This document shows, one piece after another, positions 30,799-42,771 of a stretch of DNA of 64,000 bases (its first letter is position 1; every line of letters starts with the position of its first letter). Made by a program: the position numbers and the translations under genes. Below the pieces are notes generated by a model, which saw only the letters and a list, made by a program, of their open reading frames with translations, did no database searches and was not told the DNA's origin. Source of the DNA: Thecamonas trahens ATCC 50062 (Eukaryota; Protista; Apusomonadida). Where the stretch lies: NCBI RefSeq assembly GCF_000142905.1, contig NW_013657643.1, forward strand, positions 204,054 to 268,053. The letters run 5' to 3'.

Positions 30799-32565
30799 CT
30801 ACCGCCGCGATAACGGTGAAAGGCCCGGCGACATGCCGCGCCGCTGCTGCCGCCGCCGCCGACTGCCGCCAAGCGACCGTCGTCGTCCGAGACTCGACTC
30901 GCCGCTCCCGCTCACAAAAGCTACCGAGCCGCCGCCCCCAGCCGACGAGACCGAACCGTACACCGACACCCCACCGCCGCCGCCGCCGCCCGACGAGCCA
31001 CCGGCTGCTGATGAGCCACCGGCTCCGCCGCCGCCACCCCCGCCGCCCCCGCCCCCGGGCTCCGAGCCGTGGACGTCATCGCCACCCCCAAGCAGCGCCG
31101 CAGCATAGGCATCCATGCCTGGAAGATTGGAAAACCCTGCAGCCATGAGCGGAGCGTGCGCGGCCGACGGCGCGACTCGTGCGGTCGGCCGCGAAAAGTC
31201 CGGCGAGCCGTCAGGGAGCCTGTGCGGGAAAAAGGTCTCGGTGTAAAAGATGATGATCTTCTCGATGACGTCGAGCTTGTGCAGGTAGTGGCCGTGCGCC
31301 TTGCCCGAGGCCTCGACATGCTGCTTGATGCGGGCCGAGGCAGCGGCGTTGGCCTCGGCCTGGGTCCTGTTCACACCGAGCGGGATAATGCGCTTCTTGC
31401 GGTGCTGCCGCTCCATAACAAGCGTGTAGAGGTTGTCGATGGCCATGGTGATCTCGCCAAGCGTCCGATACCGCGCCTTGGACGCCTCGTCGACCGTCTG
31501 CTGCGCAGACTCGAGCGAGGTGCCGGATGACTGGAGCTTTTCCAGCTCAAAGTGGAGCGAGAGGAGCTGGGTGGTGAGGACTAGGACGGTCGAGTCCTTG
31601 TGCTCGCGCTCGGCCGCCAGAGCCGCCGCCTTTTTCTCAATCTCTGCCTCAGCCCGCTCGACTTCGGCCAGCAGCGTGGCCTGGGTCTGGACCAGCGTCT
31701 CGTACCGCTTGAGAATGGCCTGAGTCCCGTCCGAGTACGCGTCTGACGACGAGGCCAGCAAATACTGTGCGCCTTCCTGCCGGAGGAACGACTTGAGGTA
31801 CTCGTCGTAGCCTTTGAGCGCCTCCAATGCCTTGGTCTGATCGGCTTCACGCTCCTTGAGCGCTGCCAGTGTCGCCTGCAGCGTCACAATGGTGGCCTCG
31901 ATCTCCTCGCGCTCGGTCATGCGCTTGCGGGCGAGCTCGAGGTCCTGCTCGGTCTTGCGCTTCTTGTTCTCAATGAACGACTGGTGCGCATCAATCTCCT
32001 TCAGCAGCTTGAGCTTTGACTCGTTGAGTGCCGCAAGCTCTGCGTCAAACAGCTTCATCTGCATGTGGAACCAGTTCTTCTTGATGTCAAGCTCGTAGTC
32101 GACCCGGTCGTTCTCGGCCTGTGCCTCCTCGATCAGGGTCGACTGCAGCGCCAGCGACGAGTCTGGCAGCAACGTCCGCATCCTGCTCTGGGTCGTCTCT
32201 TCCTCTTCCTGCCGCTTCACCTCTGCCGCCGTCAGCCGGAAGATCGCCGCCTCGCGGCCCTGTAAGCCCTCGGCGCTCTCCTCCGGCATCTCTGGCCCGT
32301 GCTGCTCCGGCCCTGCCGGCGGGACCCGCAGCAGACCGCTCGCACCCTTATGGCCGCCCCTGCCCTTGCTTGCTCCCTTTCCGCTTCCACTATGCCCGCC
32401 CCGTCGCCGCCGCAGCCCCGCCGAGTCGGATGTCAGCGCCGTCCGTCCTGCCGCCCGTCTTGCCGCCGGCGAGCCCGGGTGCGGCTGGCCCGAAGCCAGG
32501 GCTTTCTCTACGTGCGCATTGGCCAGTGCCCGCACATTCTCCCGTCTCCGACGACTTCCCGTCAT
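30799..32565 (-). CDS. DUF4200 coiled-coil protein (CFAP73/CCDC42-like, cilia-associated) with Gly-rich tail
   Basis: Long coiled coil with KKNWFHMQM...HQSFIENKKRK, YDEYLKSFL, ILKRYETL and LGEITMAIDNLY, resembling conserved CCDC42/CFAP73 blocks. Confidence 0.65.
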   Translation of the reverse strand: MTGSRRRRENVRALANAHVEKALASGQPHPGSPAARRAAGRTALTSDSAGLRRRRGGHSGSGKGASKGRGGHKGASGLLRVPPAGPEQHGPEMPEESAEGLQGREAAIFRLTAAEVKRQEEEETTQSRMRTLLPDSSLALQSTLIEEAQAENDRVDYELDIKKNWFHMQMKLFDAELAALNESKLKLLKEIDAHQSFIENKKRKTEQDLELARKRMTEREEIEATIVTLQATLAALKEREADQTKALEALKGYDEYLKSFLRQEGAQYLLASSSDAYSDGTQAILKRYETLVQTQATLLAEVERAEAEIEKKAAALAAEREHKDSTVLVLTTQLLSLHFELEKLQSSGTSLESAQQTVDEASKARYRTLGEITMAIDNLYTLVMERQHRKKRIIPLGVNRTQAEANAAASARIKQHVEASGKAHGHYLHKLDVIEKIIIFYTETFFPHRLPDGSPDFSRPTARVAPSAAHAPLMAAGFSNLPGMDAYAAALLGGGDDVHGSEPGGGGGGGGGGGAGGSSAAGGSSGGGGGGGVSVYGSVSSAGGGGSVAFVSGSGESSLGRRRSLGGSRRRRQQRRGMSPGLSPLSRR

Positions 32566-32806
32566 GCTCGTGTCCACTCTTCCCTACACACCAAAGGTCT
32601 TGACCTGGAGTGGGGTAGTGCAGTGGCGGTGGTGGTGGTGGTGGGGCGCCGCGGAGGGCGGAGGTGATCGTTGGCGGTTTGGCGTTTTGAGAGCGAAATG
32701 GCACCGCATGGAGCGGACGGCGGCACGGTGATCGCGCGATGGCTTATCAAGTTGCCATGCCGCCATTCTGCTACGTCGTCATTCAGCTTTGCTGCAGTGA
32801 TCACGT

Positions 32807-34984
32807 TTACGTCGATAGAACGCGCCGGATCCAGGAGCGAAAGGTAGCGTCCGGTGGCGTCTTGCGGGCACGGGCAGCGGACCGACGAGCGGAAAGCTCG
32901 TTCTCGGGCAGATCGGCGAGGACAGGGTCGTCGTAGAGTTGGACGTTTGAGGCGTCGAGGTGGCACGGCTCAAGAAGCGGTGCAAGAATGTCGCGCGCTC
33001 CGGGGAGCCGTTGGTCGACCACAGCAACAGGGAGTGGGATGGTCCGGGCTCCAGCAAGCTGCTGCGCGTAGAGAAGGGCGTCGTCGGGTGAGCCACCTTG
33101 CGTTCCAATCCACACCACCATCATTAGGCCGGCGTCATAGACAAGAACGCTGTCGGAAGCGAGCGAGAGTGAGGAGAGTCGGGTCAGCGCCAGGGGGACT
33201 GCCGAGCCGTCTGCGCGCGGCAAGACTGTCGCCAGCTGCGGCTCGACCATCCGCGCTGCCAGCGGGTACGCGGCGTCGACAAGGCTGGTGGCCGCCAATG
33301 ACCATGCGTCGAGCGTGTCGAACGGCGAGCCTACGCCAAAGATTGGTCCGCGCCACGCTGCATACAGCAGGCGAGCCATGGTGCGGAGCTCAAACGGTAG
33401 CCGGTCCAGCGCCTGCTCGGCGGTGTTGGCTCGGCCGGCGTCGGCCGCGGCGCCGGCAAGCGCCCGCAGCCGCTGCTCGAGGGCCTCACGCCCAGCCGAC
33501 CGGCCGTCGGCCACTCCCAGCTTCAAATCGTCTTCTAGCTGTCGCAGCACGTCGGCGACAATCTGCTTGACCTCGACAACGGCCAGCGCGCGCGGATCGA
33601 CCGCCGCCAGCGCGGCGTCGGCGTCTGGCGCAGGCACCACCTGCAGCGGGCGGGTGACGACGGTCACCGCGTCAGGCTCAAAGACTCGGACCTGAAAGTA
33701 AACCCGCCCGGGCTTGACCTCGCCCTCGTGAGCGAGCACGACTGTGAGGCCGGCGTCGGCGCTTAGCGGCGCTGTGGTGATCCGGACCGAGCCGAGCTCG
33801 TCGAGTCCGGGCTCGAGCTCGACAACTGGGCCGAGGACGTGCGCCACCTCGAGACCGCGCGGCAGGGTGAGCTCGATGACCCGAGGCGCCGCCGCCAGTG
33901 CGCGGGCGGCAAGGCATGCACTCCGGTCGAGTACCATCTGCGGCAGGACGCCCAAATCACACGCGAGAGCCCCGCCAGTGGAACGGGCCAGCGCCACCAG
34001 TGCCGGCGTCACAACCCGGTTGCCGAGCGCCGAGGTGACGACAGCGTCGATGGCCACGTCGAGCTCGTAGGCTCGTGCCGCCAGGTCGTCGAGCACGCCG
34101 AGCGCCTCGGTGTTGAGCAGCGACTCGGCGGCCGAGCTCGGCGCAGGCACGGTAGCCCCCGGCCCGTAGTTGGGATGCGCAGCAGTCACAAGGAGCACGC
34201 TGCCTCCAGCGGTGGAGCCGTGGGCGGCGCAGAGCTCAAGGGCAGCATCGAGCGCAACCGCCAGCGCGAGCTGGCCACCTGGCGCGCTAGGGGCACCGGT
34301 CCAAGACGCCACCACGGCGTCAACAGCGACGGCCGTGGCAGGCAGCGCGGCATCGACGCAGCTCTGCGCCGCGTTGGCGGCAAGCCCGGCTCGGGTAGTC
34401 TCGCCCAGTGCGCGAGCGCCGGCAACGACCCTGCCGTGGACCACATCATCCAAATGCAAATCGTAGACCGTGACCGCGCCGCCAACGGCGATCATGGCCA
34501 CCCGGAGCGAGCCGAGACCGGCAGCAACCGTATCGGCCAACGCGGCACCAAGGGCAGCGCGGACTGCAGCAGCGGCATCAGACCCCGCGGCAGTGTGGTA
34601 GACAACCACCAGCAGCGGCGGGAGAGAGTGAGCAAGGCCAAGGCGGACATCAGCCGAGTCTCCTGGAGCACTCTCAGCCGGCGGAAGCGGATAGCGGACG
34701 CGCTTTGACGGAGCATCCAGCAGCGGAGGCGCACCGGGCGAAGAGTTTCCGCAGCAGACACAGTAAAAGTGACCCACCGGCTGGGCTTGCGCCGCTGAAG
34801 GAGGAGCCGCCGCTGCAGCCGAGCAATGGCTACACCACGACGGAGGGAGCTGAGCAGGAGCAGGCGGAGGAGAGACAGCAGCAGCCGGAGCCAGGAGAAG
34901 AGCTAGGGTTGGGGAGAGTGCATGGGCGTGTTCAGCAATGACATAAGAGGTAGGGTAGATGTTGGTGAGCGCAGTCGCCGCCAT
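32807..34984 (-). CDS. Divergent Sec23/Sec24-family protein (Zn finger, vWA trunk, beta-sandwich, helical, gelsolin-like)
   Basis: CSHC...FYCVCCG zinc finger; RVAMIAVGGAVTVYDL; HPNYGPG; LARSTGG; VYFQV; LSLASDSVLVYDAGLMMVVWIG. Confidence 0.75.
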   Translation of the reverse strand: MAATALTNIYPTSYVIAEHAHALSPTLALLLAPAAAVSPPPAPAQLPPSWCSHCSAAAAAPPSAAQAQPVGHFYCVCCGNSSPGAPPLLDAPSKRVRYPLPPAESAPGDSADVRLGLAHSLPPLLVVVYHTAAGSDAAAAVRAALGAALADTVAAGLGSLRVAMIAVGGAVTVYDLHLDDVVHGRVVAGARALGETTRAGLAANAAQSCVDAALPATAVAVDAVVASWTGAPSAPGGQLALAVALDAALELCAAHGSTAGGSVLLVTAAHPNYGPGATVPAPSSAAESLLNTEALGVLDDLAARAYELDVAIDAVVTSALGNRVVTPALVALARSTGGALACDLGVLPQMVLDRSACLAARALAAAPRVIELTLPRGLEVAHVLGPVVELEPGLDELGSVRITTAPLSADAGLTVVLAHEGEVKPGRVYFQVRVFEPDAVTVVTRPLQVVPAPDADAALAAVDPRALAVVEVKQIVADVLRQLEDDLKLGVADGRSAGREALEQRLRALAGAAADAGRANTAEQALDRLPFELRTMARLLYAAWRGPIFGVGSPFDTLDAWSLAATSLVDAAYPLAARMVEPQLATVLPRADGSAVPLALTRLSSLSLASDSVLVYDAGLMMVVWIGTQGGSPDDALLYAQQLAGARTIPLPVAVVDQRLPGARDILAPLLEPCHLDASNVQLYDDPVLADLPENELSARRSAARARKTPPDATFRSWIRRVLST

Positions 34985-35351
34985 GCCCGTCTGCGGGGGT
35001 GGGGAGGAGAGGGCTGTGGTTCATCGACGAGTCACCGATGACGAGCTGCACAGATAGTGGGAGAGCAGGGGAAGGGGGACGGTTTGTGCGGTACCGCTTG
35101 ATCCTGGGTGTCATGGGAAGTGTATGGGCATGCTCTGATCTGATCACATGTCATGTCATTGTATGTGTGTTGATTGTGGCTGATGCCCCCAAAGCCGTGA
35201 TCCGTGGTTGGCATGGGGACGACAAAGGGAGGTACTTCATGACGGGGAAGGGGGTTGATGGGGGATGGCATGGGATGATGGGATTGAAGAGGTGGTTGAT
35301 GAGGTAGTTACAGCGATGGAAAGGGGTGAACGCAGGCTTTCAGATGAAGAC

Positions 35352-35587
35352 TCGTACCACTCGTACTCGCATCACGCACATCACGCGCATCGGTCGTACC
35401 CGCGTCACGCGCATCGCTCGTACTCGCATCACGCGCATCGCTCGTACTCGCATCACGCACATCGGTCGTACTCGCATCACGCACATCGGTCGTACCCGCA
35501 TCACGCGCATCGGTCGTACCCGCATCACCCGCATCGGTCGTACTCGCATAACGCACATCACGTGCATCACTCGAACTCGTACTCGCA
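35352..35587. repeat. 24-bp minisatellite (CGTACTCGCATCACGCRCATCGGT), ~9 copies
   Basis: Direct reading; translates as (SYSHHAHR)n in one frame. Confidence 0.92.
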
Positions 35588-35635
35588 GTTGGTGGCGGTG
35601 TCTCAGTCCAGCCAGCTGGCAACACACGTGACGCC

Positions 35636-36455
35636 ATGAGTGAGTACAGGGCGTTCTTCGAGGAGCTCCTTACACGGTACGTGGGACTGGGGAGAAAGAA
35701 GGATGGGGGCATGGGCATAGGGGGTGGTGGGGGGTGGTGGGGGTGGTGGGGAGGGGGGGGAAGGGGGAGGGGTCATGCTGTGGCGGTGGGTCAGGATGGA
35801 CTGCCTGGGCCTGGGCCTGGGCCTGGTCCTGGTCCTGGTCCTGGGCCGGGGATGGGGAAGGGGGGTTTAGAGGGAGTGCGGGATGAAGGGGGAGGGGGAA
35901 GGGGGGAGGAAGGGGGAGGGAGGGGGGGGGGGGAGGGGGACCACTACCATGGGCTTCAGCCAGGGCTGGCTGCACCGCCATGGCTGAAGCTTCGGGCCAT
36001 GTCGGGCTCCAAGCCACCTACCACACTCATACGCATCACACACACATACTCTCTCTCTCCTCGGGCATAGGGTCCATGGCCTGGAGTCTATCCTTCTCAC
36101 CGACTCGCAGGGTGCTGTCCTGCTGCAGGTGACTCGGCCGGTTGCCGAGGACAAGGTCGAGGGAGCGGCTGACGGGGCAGAGGCTGATGCCGGCGAGGCC
36201 ACTGTGCTCGAGCCTGCCATGTCGGGTGTCTTTGTCATGGCCTGCGATCAGGCCGCCAAGCTCGGCATTGGCGCTACTTCGTCTATGATCTCGTACTACG
36301 AGAACAATGTCATTGTCCAGCTCAACGTCGCCCCGCTGGTCCTCTCCTTCATCGGCTCGCACCAGGTCAACGCAGGCGCCGTCCTCGCCATGGCACCCGA
36401 GCTCTACGCCGGCCTCGAGCCGCTCTGCCGCGTCGTTATGGACTTTGAAGAGTAA
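35636..36455 (+). CDS. LAMTOR3: Ragulator complex subunit LAMTOR3 (MP1); exons 35636-35676 and 36071-36455
   Basis: Spliced MSEYRAFFEELLTR|VHGLESILLTDSQG...FVMACDQAAKLGIG...ISYYENNVIVQLNVAPLVLSFIGS...NAG aligns by eye to LAMTOR3. GTACGT...CATAG phase-2 intron. Confidence 0.92.
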
Positions 36456-36609
36456 AACTTCCACCGTGCCCCAAGTCAGCAACCCGATCGGCCGCGCCCA
36501 TAGTGCGACTCGGCGTCGAGTCGGCTCGCTCCTTGCCCGTCGTCCGTCGCCCGACTCAACTCGTGCGCCGCCACGAGCACCACCTCACTTCCTCCCGCAC
36601 CATCCCGCC

Positions 36610-39600
36610 ATGCCTCGCCGCAAGGGTGTGCCTATCCAACGAGGAGGCCCACCCGAGGTGGCTCTTGCACCATCACCTCGCCCGTCCAAGCGGGCCAAGT
36701 CTTCGCGTCCGTCGCCGTCGCTGGCCTCGGCCCTCGGTCCGCCGCCGGCAGGTGATCCGCCGGTCGGCAGCCTGACCCTCGCCGACGACGCGGCCGTACC
36801 TGCTGGAGCCGACATCGGCCACATCGACGACTTGGACCAAGTGCTCCCGCCTGCGGTGCTAACGCCGCTGCGCGCCTTGCCACTCGCGGCCTCCTCGCCG
36901 CTTACCACACCCAAGACGGCAGGCGCGTCGACCTCGTCCTCGTCACCGCCGCCGAGGCCTCGTGGCCGGCGCGGCGCTCCGATCTCCGCAGGCTGCTGCA
37001 CCACTTTCTCGGTCCGCATACCACTTCGCAGCTCTCGCCACTCCCAAACTACACCGCGGTTGTCTACGAGGCCGGCCGCCCATCTGGCACCGAGCCGCAG
37101 CTCGATCGGGCCCGCACGCCACCGGCCCTCGTTCCCACGCTGCGGCCGTATCAGGCCCGCGGCGTCCAGTGGATGCTCGACCGCGAGAACGAGCCCGGCG
37201 AGGCAGCCTCGGTTGCTTCTGGCATCCATCCGCTCTGGCGTCCACTCCCCACACCGGCGTCAGCCGATCCGGACGCCCCACCGCAGTGGTACTGGTGCCT
37301 CTCGAATGGCGAAGTCTCGCGGAATCCACCGCCGCCGCCGCTCCTCCCGCGCGGCGGTCTGCTCGCTGACGAAATGGGCCTTGGCAAGACCGTCGAAGTG
37401 CTCTCGCTTCTCCTTGCCCATCCCGCGCCGCCCACATTCCCCACGTTGGAACCAGCGATCGGAGCCCGCGCGGACCGAGTGCAGCGGACCCGCGTCTGCG
37501 GCTGCCCGCTCCCGCTCCCACCCCGCCTCAAGCTCACTTGCCACGGATGTGGATTGCTGGCATGCAGTCGATGCGCGGATGAAGACTCAATCTCCGACGA
37601 CTGGTGGCTCTGTGTCGAGTGCGCGACCGAGTACGCGCTTGTCGATCAGGCCGGCTGGCGGATCAAGACGACGCTCATTGTCTCCCCGACGCTCATTGCT
37701 CACCAGTGGAAAGACGAGCTTGAGCGGCACGCGACCCCCGGCGCGCTGCGTATTCTTATGTACGACGGCATGGCCAAGTCTGGGTGGCTTCCACCTTCGG
37801 TCCTCGCCTCGTACGATGTGGTCATCACTACCTTTGCCGTCCTCTCCTCCGAGCTCAACCACGTGTCGGTCGGCAAGTTTGCCAACAGACTCCGCCGCAA
37901 CCAGCGATACGTCCCACTCTCTACCCCACTTACCCGGCTAGTCTTTTGGCGCGTTGTTTCCGACGAGGCGCAGATGATCGAGGGCGCGTCTCGCGCCGCC
38001 GCCCTTGTCGCAGCCGTCGCCGCCGATCGCCGCTGGTGCGTGACCGGCACGCCGGTTGCCGGCGGCCTTGCCGACATCGCGGGCATGCTCCGGATCCTCC
38101 ACGCCGAGCCGTACACCGTCCCGCGCGACTTTAAGCTTACCCTCGGCGCAGGGACCAGCGAGGCGCTCGACGAGCTGACCGGCCTCATGAGCGCGCTTGT
38201 GTGGCGGACGCCCAAGGCCGACGTTGAAGCCGAGCTCGGCCTCCCAGCTCTCACCTCGGTTGTTCACACCATCGAGTTCAACGCCGTGGAGAAGATCCAC
38301 TACCGCCGGCTATTCACCGATCTGGCAGCGTCAGTCGGCGACCTCCTGGCCTCGACCGGCGTCTCGGCCTCCGACGTCGTTCCTCCGGCGCTACAGTCGA
38401 TGCTCACCCGCCTGCGACAGGCGTGCTGCCACCCCAACGTAGGGCGGCCGACATCCCGTCCGGGTGCGTCCACTGGTGGAAGCAGCAATGGGCTCGTCCG
38501 CAACACACTCTCCATGGGTGAGCTCCTTGCCCAGCTCATTACCCGCGCAACCGTCGACGCCGAGGAGGCGCAGCGGCTGTACATCATGTCGCGAAACGGA
38601 CTCGCGGGTGCGGTCCTCCTCGCCACGCCGCCAGACTATGCCACAGCTGCTTCGCTGTATCGCGAGACCCTCACGCTAGTCACCAACTCGGCAGCCGAGA
38701 TCGCCACCGATACGCTGCAAGTTCTCCACGCGCGGCATCATCTCCACTGGGTGGTTACTCACGCGCCGCCCGGTGTCGTCCCGGCCAGTGCTGCATTGCC
38801 TGATGAGGCAGCGCTCGGCGAGGTTGTGGCGGGTATGCGCGACCGGTTCGTCGGCTCGGCCGTCCATGCGGTCGCCGCCGCCGCCGCTGAGCTGGCGGCG
38901 GCGACCAAGGCTGTGAGAGGCGTCATGAACGAGCTCGGCTTTGACACCCGTGCTGGAGTGTGGAAGACACCGTGGTGGGCGAACCCGATGCAGCGGCTGG
39001 CGTCGATCGACGCTGCCTTTGCCACCTTTGTCAACACCTTTGTCAACGAGAACGGCTCGCTGGCGGCCTCGGAGGCCCGTCCGCTTCTCATCCGCTATCT
39101 CTACGGCAAAGCCGCTGTACTGGCCTACGACGCCGATGCCGACGAAGAGGCCGGTATGGCCGGCGGAAAGCGACGGCGCAAGAAAAACGATGGCCCGCTC
39201 CGTGATGGCACACCGCTGCTTCATGTCATGGCCATGGCCTGCGACGAGCTTTTCAACGCTCGCGCCGCCGTTCTCCGCTCCGCCGCCTCCCGCAGGCGCG
39301 AACTGACCGAGGCCGACGTCGATGAGCTGCTGGCGTGCCCGCGGTGCAATCCGAACCTCAACGGCGAAATTGACGACGCTGTCAACATGTCGCTTGTCCC
39401 CACCGCACAGCGCAGCGGGGTGGCGTCGTGCACCTGGTGTGCTGCCGAGGACGTCATCAAGACCTACGAGCGGTTCCTGTTCCAGGGCGAGTCCGAGGCA
39501 ATGACCGCGGACGAGCTCGAGCTCCGCTCCCGCCGCGAGCAGCTCGAGCGGGAGCGGGCCGAAAACGCTCGCCGCGACCTGCTCGCCCGCGCCGATCGTG

Positions 39601-41435
39601 GCGCCCGCGAAGCCGCCGACGTCCAGCGTGCCCGTGCCAACACCTCGCTCGCCATCGTGTGTGACGCTCTGGCGCGGTTCGTCACACGCTACCCACAGTG
39701 GACGCTCGAGAACGATGACGACGCGCCGGCGCTCAATGTGCAGTTGCAGCAGGTGAGCATGGCGAGCAGCAAGACTCGGGGCCTGTTTGCTGAGCTCAAG
39801 AAGGAGCTTGTTGCGGCGCGCTCTTTCTGGCGTGGTCAAGTTGACGAGCTGCTGCGGCGCGACGAGCTGCGGATGACGCTCTCGCGCATCCGGCTCGCTG
39901 CGCCGGGCGAGGTTGTCCCACCCAGCCTGCAACACTTTGTCATTCATCCGGGAACTGTTGACGCAGTTGTGGCCAACTACCGCAGCGAGATCCGCGTCCA
40001 CCGCGGCGCGCTCAACTCGGCCAAGTCGCAGCTTCACTACCTCAAGCAGCTGCGGGCGGTGCGGTCGGCCAACTATGCCGCCGAGCCATGTCCGATCTGC
40101 CACGAGGCGCTCGGGACCGAGGTTGTGCTATTCACCTGCGGCCATCTCTTCTGCCGCTCATGCATCACCGCCATGGTGGCCGGCGCCCGCCACCGGAGCT
40201 CGCTTCCGTGCCCTACCTGCCGCAATCGGGTCGTCATCGCCGAAATCTCGTACCTCTCCAGCGACGAAGTGGCGGCCCCGAGCGAAGGGCTTGATGACGA
40301 CGGTGCCTTGGGCGGTGTGCGGACGGCGCGGCGGCTGACCTCGCTGGTCAACGGCGAGGATGTAGTGTCGAGCTCGGGCACCAGCGGTTGTCGGCCCAAG
40401 GTGTGGGATCTGAGCGTGCCGACACGGGCGCCGCTGGCGGCAGCGTGGTCGTCCAAACTTGACGTCGTTGTCCTGCAAATTGTCAAGCTTGTCGAAGCCC
40501 GGCCGGCGGTCAAGATCCTTGTCTTTTCGCTCTGGTCAGCGCTGCTCAAGATCCTCGAGTCCGCGCTGGCGGCGCAGGGGGTGTCGACAATGAGCATGGC
40601 CGGCGCATCGGGCGCGCGGGCCAAGTTTCATGCCACGGTTGAGGCCTTTCGGAGCGCAGAAACCAACGTCCTCCTCCTACCGCTCAACTTTTCTGCCAAC
40701 GGCATCAACCTCACCGAGGCGTCGATTGTCTTTCTCCTTGAGCCGCAGACCAACGCCGCTGTCGAGGCACAGGCAATCGGGCGAGTCCATCGCATCGGCC
40801 AGACACTGGCTACCTCAGTCTACCGGTTTGTCATCTCGGGCTCGATCGAGGAGGCCGTGGCGCGGGTCGGCGCGGCGCAGCTTGCCGCTGTTGCCGCCGG
40901 TGAGCGCAAGGCGAGCTCGCGGAGGGCAGCGGCGAGCGCCGCGCTCACGGTCGCCGACGTGTACTCGATGTTTGGCCGAAGCCTAGGTGCGATGCCCGGT
41001 GCGGTTGATGGCGGCACAATCGATGAGGACGACGGCGACTCGGAGCCGCTTACGCTCGGCGAACTGCAGGTGCAGGCCCGGTTCTGGCGCGAGTCCGTCA
41101 TAGTGCCACCGCCGGTCGGGCGAACCGGCGAGGCCGCCAAGGAGATGAGCCGTGCGAGCGCAGTGCGGACGCTCGAGCATCGCCACGCCTATCAGCGGCT
41201 ACAAGCATCGATATCCTCGACTCCAGGTGGGAATGGCAGAGTCAGTGTGCCGCGCATGGTTTACCTTGGCCGTGCCAACACGGCAGCGGCGGTGGTGGTC
41301 GAACTGGCGGGCCTGGCCGCGGTCGGCGAGCGCGAGGCGCTCCCGTCCCGGCTGCAGGCGCTAAGCGATGCGCAGGTACGCGAAGCGCGCGCGCTGCTTA
41401 CAGCGACAGCGCCAGTTCCGGGCGGGCCGCAATGA
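36610..41435 (+). CDS. SHPRH: SHPRH-like SNF2 helicase / RING E3 ubiquitin ligase (apparent frameshift ~36876)
   Basis: MPRRK start; LRPYQARGVQWMLDRE; GGLLADEMGLGKT; PHD-like Cys cluster; SDEAQ; RLRQACCHP; RING CPICH...CGHLFCRSC...CPTCR; QAIGRVHRIGQ. Confidence 0.9.
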
Positions 41436-42771
41436 TGGCGCGCAGCGCGCGCGAGCTCGTCCGGGTCGTCCCCAGCTGCAGTGTGGCGAGGCGCGGAAGC
41501 GCCGAGTTGCCGGTCAGCGCGTGGGCAAAGGCGTCGCCGACGCCGGCATTGCGCGAAATGTCGAGCGAGCAGAGATTCGGCGCCGAGTATGCGATCTCCA
41601 CGGCGCCGTCATCGGTTAGTTGCTTACACGAGCGGAGGGCGAGGTGGCGCAGGTCTGGCAGAGCATCAAACGACGGGCAGAGCTCGTCGGTCAGCCCGCC
41701 GCAGTGCGAAAGATCGAGGGTCTCTAGCCGGTACATGCAGCGGAAAACGTGGCGGAGAGCGGGTGTTGAGACTGGCACGAATCGGAGCGCAAGCTTGCGG
41801 AGCGCCTGCAGCCGGCGGGCGAGTGTCCGCACCGTCTCGTCGGAGATGTGGGTTTGCGAGAGATCGAGAGCCTCGAGCTGGACGTTGTGAGCAATGGCGG
41901 CGCCGACGGCGCCGTCGCCGATCCGTCGGCACCCGGCAAGGTGCAGCTCGCGGAGCGAGGAGCATCCCTGGAGAAAGCCGGCCAACGCTTTGTCCGAGAG
42001 TCGGACCGCGCCGGAAAAGTCAGCAATTTGCAGTGCGTCCGGCGAGCAGTGGGCCTCAAAGGCGGCGAGGCCTGTATCGGTCATACGCCCTACGTTGCGG
42101 AGGCGGAGGACCCGGAGTGCAGGCCCTGCGGCGCGCGCCACAGTCGCGAGGCCAGCGTCGGTGACCAGCCGGCAGTCAGTGAGATCGATGGTGTGGAAGG
42201 CGGCATTGAGGCCAGTAAATATCGCATTCAGATGCGCGTCGGTGATGTACGAGCACCCGTCGAGCGAGATGGTGCGCAGCGCGGGAGCTACCGCCACCAG
42301 CCGCGCCGTCACATGCGCGCACTGCAAGATCGAGAGTGGCGGCGACTGAGGAAAGGCGACCGTGGACAGCGCCGACCACATACCACCATCAGCACCATCG
42401 GCACCCTGGTCGCGCGACCAGAGCGGCTCCAGAAGCGCCATCTGGGGCGGCAGCGTCGGCAACCGCGGAAGAGTGGTGAGAAACGCGGCAGTGGTCCGCG
42501 CGAGCTGCTTCGGCTGCATGATCAACATGTCGGCCTCGGCGGCCTTCATCGACATCAGAGTCCTGCGGGCTGCGCGGCGCTGCGCCATCGATAGCGGGCC
42601 GAGCTCGGCCAACGAGCAGGCGGCATAGAGCGCAGGCGTCGAAGCCAGCGCACGCATCTTGCCTGAGACGGCGCGAAGGCGGAGGCGATCGGCAACCGGT
42701 AGAAGTGCCATGATGCGGAGGAGCACGGCATCCGGCAAGAGAATGAGATGGATAGCCTGGGTGGAGGTCAT
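41398..42771 (-). CDS. F-box/LRR-repeat protein
   Basis: F-box LPDAVLLRIMALLPVADRLRLRAVSGKMR; multiple LRR_CC repeats (LDGCSYITD, LTDCRLVTD, LAGCRRIGD, LSHCGGLTD). Start may be at 42870. Confidence 0.88.
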   Translation of the reverse strand: MTSTQAIHLILLPDAVLLRIMALLPVADRLRLRAVSGKMRALASTPALYAACSLAELGPLSMAQRRAARRTLMSMKAAEADMLIMQPKQLARTTAAFLTTLPRLPTLPPQMALLEPLWSRDQGADGADGGMWSALSTVAFPQSPPLSILQCAHVTARLVAVAPALRTISLDGCSYITDAHLNAIFTGLNAAFHTIDLTDCRLVTDAGLATVARAAGPALRVLRLRNVGRMTDTGLAAFEAHCSPDALQIADFSGAVRLSDKALAGFLQGCSSLRELHLAGCRRIGDGAVGAAIAHNVQLEALDLSQTHISDETVRTLARRLQALRKLALRFVPVSTPALRHVFRCMYRLETLDLSHCGGLTDELCPSFDALPDLRHLALRSCKQLTDDGAVEIAYSAPNLCSLDISRNAGVGDAFAHALTGNSALPRLATLQLGTTRTSSRALRAIIAARPELALSL

